Shown here piece after piece: positions 58,599 through 64,000 of a DNA stretch of 64,000 nt. A program made the translations under genes and the position numbers. Under the pieces are notes generated by a model. The model did no database searches and had not been told where the DNA came from. It was given only the letters and a program-made list of their open reading frames with translations. Source of the DNA: Bilabrum cf. latius (Eukaryota); contig OZ237736.1 in the NCBI GenBank assembly GCA_965178125.1, positions 1,612,001-1,676,000 of the forward strand, in the 5' to 3' direction. Position 1 is the stretch's first letter. Each line of letters begins with the position of its first letter.

Positions 58599-61500
58599 TC
58601 ACCCCTTCCTTCTCTGGGCCTTGGTTCGACCCGACCCCCGACCCCCGTACGAGCCCTTGGATCCGATCCGAGGGGCCCTCGCCTTGTTGCCTGCCCTCCC
58701 GCTGCCACCGCCGCGGGCCAGGCCCTCCCTGGCTGCCTCGTTGGCCTCCGTGGACTGCCTCTGCATGAACGTGAGGAACTCCTTGTACTTGGCCGTCTGC
58801 TCCGCGGATCGAGCCGCCTGCTCCCGGTCCTTCTCCTCCGCTAAGAAGGCAGAGTCCTGCCGCAGCTCCCGAGCCACAGCTCGCTTCTCCCGCTGCAGTT
58901 CCTTGCGGAGCTTCTGCACCTCCACGGCCTCCCTCTGCGCGGGAGTCGCATCCCTGGGCAGCCGCCCGGGGTTGTACGCCCGCATGCCATCTCCCTCCAG
59001 CTCGGGATCCAGCTGGGCCAGCTGCTGCGGCTTGGCCGCCCGGCGAGCCTGCATGCGGAGCTCCCCGCGGTCCATGCGCTCGGACCGCAGCATGCCACGG
59101 GCCAGTCTGTGAGCAGCGGCAAGCAGGTCCGTAGCGCGCCTAGACCCGCAGACCGCACCACCGGACCAGTCCACCAGCTGCGTGAGCAGTTGGAGCGCAG
59201 ACAGCACCGGCGCCAGCAGCTCAGGACCGTGCCCGCGCCCCTTGCATGCAACCACAGAGGCAGCCGCAGCCTGTGCGGCCTGACACACGAGACCTGCGCA
59301 ATCCGAGCGGCCCTCCCGAAGCCCCCGCGCCCACATGCCCCAGCATCGATCCGCGGCGGGCAGGTCTCCGATGGCACCTGCCGCCGGCGGGGCCGAGACC
59401 AGGGCAGCACCGAGGCTCCTGGCCCACTTCTTGCTGACTGCAGACCGGCCCTCCTTGTCCTGTGCACGGAACACGGCAGCTGTCACGGCTAGCAACACGC
59501 AGGACACGCCGTGCACTGCCTCTAGAGCAGCGCGCCGAGCCGGCACCGCCGCGTCCTGCGCCGCGGTGGCAGCCTTGAGGCAGGCCCACGCGTCGGCAGG
59601 GGTGCTCAGAGGCAGCATCCCGCCCGGTGCGCTGGCCCGCTCCCCGGCGTGCGCTGGGCCCGGGCTGGCGAGAGATGCCGCCGCCCTGGCCAGCACTGCT
59701 GCTGCCGGGGTCGCGATCACGTGCTGGAAGTCCGAGGCGGGGAACACTCTCAGGCACAGACGCATGATCCGGATGTGTCCCGGGTGCATGCGCCGGGGAT
59801 GCTGGCACGCGAGACAGACGCTACGCGCCACCTATTCTGCTCTCGTCGAGTCCTCACCGTGCATCTCCTCGACGATGGAAGCTGCCTTTGCAGCGGCTAC
59901 AGCAACGGCCTCTGCGTGCTCTGCTGGCATGCACAGGCTTGGAAGCGTGGTTTGAAACAGGTCTACGGGGACTGCATCCCGCACCTCGGCATCCAGCTTC
60001 GCGAGCGCCTCATCGGAGAGCTTGCTGGCAGCTGTGGCAGAGCCGCTCTACTTGCCTCTCTTCCTCGCCAGACCCTTGGCGGCACGGCCAAACACCTGCC
60101 GGGCATGCGCCGCTCGCACCTCTGCTGCGTCCTCCTGCCGCGCCACTGGCCCTAGCAACGCCGCGCGCAGGCCATGCACACCGCCATCATCGGAGGCATC
60201 AGAGTCGGTGCTCTCAGCGTCGCTGTCACTAGCATCAGTGGGCTCGTCCATCGCACCCTTCTCACGCCCCGCGGCACCGCCAGAGATCCCCTCCAGCGCC
60301 CTCCACCAGACACGGACGGCACCAGCCCGCAAAGCTGGCATCGCTGTGAGCGCCGCAATGCACGGAGCGGCGGCTTCCGAGTATTCGCTGCTCATCCATG
60401 CGCAGTTGGCCATGCGAGGAGGCTCGCGCAGCATCGCAGAGACCCTTGGTCCTGACGCTTTACCAGCTCCTCGGCTGTCGGACCCCGCGGCATCTTCCTC
60501 GTCTTCCGATGGATGCAAAGGGGCTGGTGCCATCTCGAGCAGGAGCAGAGCGAGCAGGCGCAGCAGCCGGCCTACGTTCGAAGCCCGTAAATGGGGCGAA
60601 TAAGCCGCAAGGATTCTCCTCAGGACTTCTTTCAGCGCGGCGGCGCTCAGCTGGACCCTGTCTCCTTCGGCACTTTCCAGAACAGCACACAGCGAGAGGA
60701 TCATCTGCCTCAGAGCTTCTGGGGTGGAGGGGCAGGGGAGCACGAACGGGAGTCTTGCAATCAACGATCGCTCCGCCTTGGATTTCACCGATGAAGCCAG
60801 CCTCCCGCTCTCAGTTGCTGCTGCTGCGCTCGCTGTTGAACTAGCACTCCACGATGCAGCTGCCGCCTTCGAAGGCTACGGTGCTGGCAGGCGCAGGTAC
60901 TCGCTGGCAGACGATTGAGCATGCAGCGGCACCGCCTTGGGCTGTAAGGTGCCACCACCACTGCCGCTGCTGTCCTCTCGGCCCTTCGCTGCCTGCATGC
61001 TCGCTTGTTGTTGCTCCCTCGCCTACGCAGCCCTGTCGAACTCACGCGCCAGCAACTCGATGGTGGGCGGTGTCCAGTCCTGCGGCAGCCCAGCCCCGAA
61101 TGCGAGCTCTCTCCAGTGGAGACGGTCCAGAGGCACGGCGCTCCACGCCCCGCGGAACTGAAACGCAGCGGAAGGATCCCAGGACGTGCTCTTGCCACCA
61201 GAGCTGATCCGAACGGTAAGCAGCTGTGGCCGGACTCCGGCGGCCAGCTCAAGCAATCGATCCGAGGAGATGCGACCCAGGGCACCATCCGCGGGACCCA
61301 CCGCGTTCTGGCCAAGCGCTGGCTTCCCTCGAGCGCCATCCGCACCTGCCGCGAGCTGCATGGAGCTCACCAGTGCATCCCCGTCACCTGCACGCCTGCT
61401 GGACCCCCTCTCGCGGCGGGTTTTGCCAGCACCTTTGGTGGCTCCACCAGGCTGGTGCGCTGCTGCTCCTCCATCAAGATCTGATCCGATCGCATGCCCA

Positions 61501-63035
61501 GACCGCAGGCCGGGACGCACAGCCTGGCCTTCCAATCCGCCAGCCAGCACGACTCGCCCGTCCTGGCCCCAACCTGCACCCTCCGCGGCAGCTGCAGACT
61601 CAGATCCTCCGGCCATACGCGCCCGGCGCATCTTCTCTGCCTCCAGCAGCGCAGACAGCTCCTACTGTGCGGTCTCTTCCTCGGTGCGGGCCCTGTCCGT
61701 GGCGATGGCGCGCGTATGCTGCGCAAGTGCACCCAGCAGCGACTCAAAATCGTCGTCATCGTCATCGTCATCAGCGGGTTGAGAAGCGGGGCCAGGTTTG
61801 CCGTTCTTCTTTGCTCGACCTCCGGCCTGCTGCTCCTGCTCCTGCTCCTGCTCCTGCTACCCACCGGTCTCGTGGTCGTCATTCCCATCATCACCCCCAT
61901 CCGAGCTGTCGCTGTCACTGTCGCTGTCGCTGTCGCTGTCACTGTCGCTGCCACCACCACTCTCGCTACCACCAGCGTGTGCCTCAGGCCTACCAGTGGC
62001 GGTGCGAGCAGCCTTGGCTGGCCGCTCTGCGTCCTGCCCAGCTGAACCCCCCCCTTGGGTACCCTATGCAGTGGCTTCCTCCGAGCAGCCACCGCCAGTC
62101 TCAACTGCACCTGCTCCTGCTCCTGCCGCTGCAGCCGCCGCCGCCTCTGCCCTCTTGCGTTTCTTGCCGATCCAAGGCCGGCTCCCCTCCCTATCATCTG
62201 CCGTGTTCCCCACAATGGCCTTGGCCCTAAGCGTGGCAAGCACATCGTCCGCCTCCTGGTCCAGCCTGCCGAGGGCCTCATCCATGGCCACCTTCTCGCG
62301 GCGGGCCAGTGCCTTGCGCTCCTTGTCGCGGGCGATCACCTCTGCGATCACCTCGCTGCGGCTCTTGCGAGGGGCATCATCTTCCTCCTGTTCATCGCTG
62401 GGGCCCCTTTGAGAGGCACCTGCAGGGCCACTGCTGGCAGAAGCGGCCCCTGCACGCTGTTGTCGTTCCATCCAAGCCGGGAGCGGCTTCACACCACGCA
62501 TCGGGGCTGCGCTCTGGGAAGCAGCCTGCCCCCCACCGAAATGAAGATTCGCAACCCAATCCGCACTGAGACCCTCGCGGTCGGTCTCTGCTGCTTTGTC
62601 GTCAAAATCGAATCGATCGGCAGCTCCCCGCCCCTCCTGCTGCATTTTCCCGTAGTCATCGTCCCGCAGAGCTCTCCCAAAATGCGTCAATGGCTCCGCA
62701 GGTCCACCTTCAGTGTCATCATCCAGCTAAAATTTCTACTTTTTCTTGCTGCGTCTTGCTCGCTGCAGTTGCCGCTGCCGTTCCCTCTAGGCTCTTGCAA
62801 GCATGATCTCTTCCTAATCTGCGGCGGCATCGTCTGCTTTCGCACCAATCCTCCTATCATCAAACTGGTTTGATTTGCCAAGGGCGCGGTATTCCGGCAG
62901 AAGCTCCCTCTTTCTTTTCTTGACAGCCTTGTCCCTAGCTGCAGCGACATTGCGGGACGACCCTCGAACTCTACGATTCAAGACATCAAATCGCTAATGC
63001 TTGTTGGCACGCGATTCAAATGGATTGGATGACAT
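58599..63035 (-). CDS. NOP14: Nucleolar protein 14 (SSU processome), about 1478 aa, intronless, 12 in-frame TAG
   Basis: MSSNPFE...KSNQFDDRRIG...EEIMLARA*RERQ...LTHFGRAL, NLHFGG, KSRSEVIAEVIA, ATDRARTEEE, LPFVLPCP, FPASDFQHVIATP and REKRAVARELRQDSAFLA. TAG at 62994, 62814, 62787, 62736, 62727, 62064, 61857, 61662, 61023, 60876, 60048 and 59832. Ends TGA. Confidence 0.92.
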
Positions 63036-63572
63036 AGTTTCTGGGAAGTTTGGCAGGTTTACTCGAGCGATTCAAGATAAATCCCCGGGAAAGGCAAGTG
63101 CCTAGCGGGGCACACCACGCGCGAGACGAGTGTGAGGAGTGCGCTTGTGATGGCACCAGATCAGATTTAGATGGAGTCCAGTGGCACGGTGGGCTGTCTT
63201 GTTGCATCCAGTGGACCCTGTACAGAGCCAATCATTACGAGACAGCAGGCAAGCGCGGTGACTGATATATTTCTAAATAGACCCCCGTTTCGATTGCATG
63301 ACCACGCTGCCACCACATTCTGGTACAGCCCATGGCCCTACACGGCCACCCAAATCAAACTGGCCCAACTCCCGTGCGACCTCCGCACGAGCTTGAACCA
63401 GCCATCACTAACTGAACCCGACTCGACAGTCGGATCCCCCCCATGACACCACAAGAGGCAACCCCCCAGCTGCCTCGCAGCCTGTGAACCTGGCCCGACT
63501 GTTAGGCCAGCTTCGCAGGCTCACAGAAACACTGGACTGGACCCTCCTCATCAGTTGCACAGCCTAGATTGC

Positions 63573-63988
63573 TCAGATGTGGCTAGGGTAGAGCATCACT
63601 CGCAGCGACGCGCCCATGGCGGCAGGCGGCAAGTTGCGGCGGAACTTAGCCCGAACAATGCCAGAGGTACCATGAGAACGAACAACCTTGCCCCAGATGA
63701 CCCTGAACTTGGTGCCATCGCGCTCGGCCTTGCCCTTATAGATGTACGCTACGCGCTTGCCAAGGTAGAACTTGCCCTCCTCGGTCGTCTCTACACCCTC
63801 TACCTTCACGAGAGCAGTGTGGGAGTACTGGTTCACCTTGGAACTGCAGAACGAAAAAGGCGCAAGTATTTATACATGCTGTGCATCAATGCTTTCTGGA
63901 ACAGCTGCATTGTAAAGGCTAAACTCAACAGGCAGTCTCACCCCTTGTATCCCACAAACTTCCCACGCACGTACAAACGAACGGGCTC
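63573..63988 (-). CDS. RPL35A: 60S ribosomal protein L35a (eL33), 5'-partial
   Basis: Exons 63988-63942 ([15 protein letters not shown]) and 63843-63573 ([17 protein letters not shown]...[12 protein letters not shown]...[24 protein letters not shown]...RVMLYPSHI). The first exon lies outside the window. Ends TGA. Confidence 0.96.
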
Positions 63989-64000
63989 CTGCGATAAAAC

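Noticed and set aside
63036-63572. Small ORFs between NOP14 and RPL35A
   Set aside because: They are short, show no homology or coding-like codon bias, and are more likely UTR or promoter sequence.
1-64000. Cluster of pseudogenes or sequencing errors as the cause of the internal stops
   Set aside because: All of the roughly 100 interruptions are the same codon (TAG), there are no frameshifts, catalytic motifs are intact and essential genes are affected.
1-64000. RIP-like CpA->TpA hypermutation, or A-to-I editing of UAG to Trp
   Set aside because: CpA->TpA mutation would also turn CAA into TAA, and no internal TAA was seen. TAG positions align with Gln or other polar residues, not conserved Trp. 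U-to-C editing cannot be excluded without RNA data but is less parsimonious.
1-64000. Pyrrolysine or programmed context-dependent readthrough
   Set aside because: The TAGs have varied 3' contexts, occur up to 24 times per gene and even in tandem, and no pyl genes are present. Pyrrolysine is not known from eukaryotes.

Overview
This is gene-dense, GC-rich nuclear DNA from a flagellated eukaryote, with short GT-AG spliceosomal introns. The Ala/Gly/Ser-rich proteome style suggests a heterotrophic stramenopile such as a bicosoecid, but that is inference only. About 23 protein-coding genes can be built: a CCX/NCLX cation/Ca2+ exchanger, a sulfatase, CNNM, YjbQ, a Spg1/Tem1 GTPase, PGM, CCT5, RPS30, SMC2, a TBC1D23-like protein, dynein LC8, WDR63/DNAI3, an S10 carboxypeptidase, a SWC6/YL1_C-like protein, a METTL21-like methyltransferase, NOP14, RPL35A, a SPOC-domain protein and several orphans. 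The main discovery is a non-standard nuclear genetic code. By hand count, 18 genes carry about 100 in-frame TAG codons, with no internal TAA or TGA and no frameshifts; these include the essential genes SMC2, CCT5 and NOP14. Every gene end I could define is TGA (20) or TAA (1-2). TAG sits inside poly-Gln tracts and at family-conserved Gln positions, so UAG is read as Gln while UAA and UGA apparently remain stops (the assignment of NCBI table 15). The supplied standard-code ORF track therefore fragments most genes. No tRNA, rRNA, CRISPR array or transposase was recognised.
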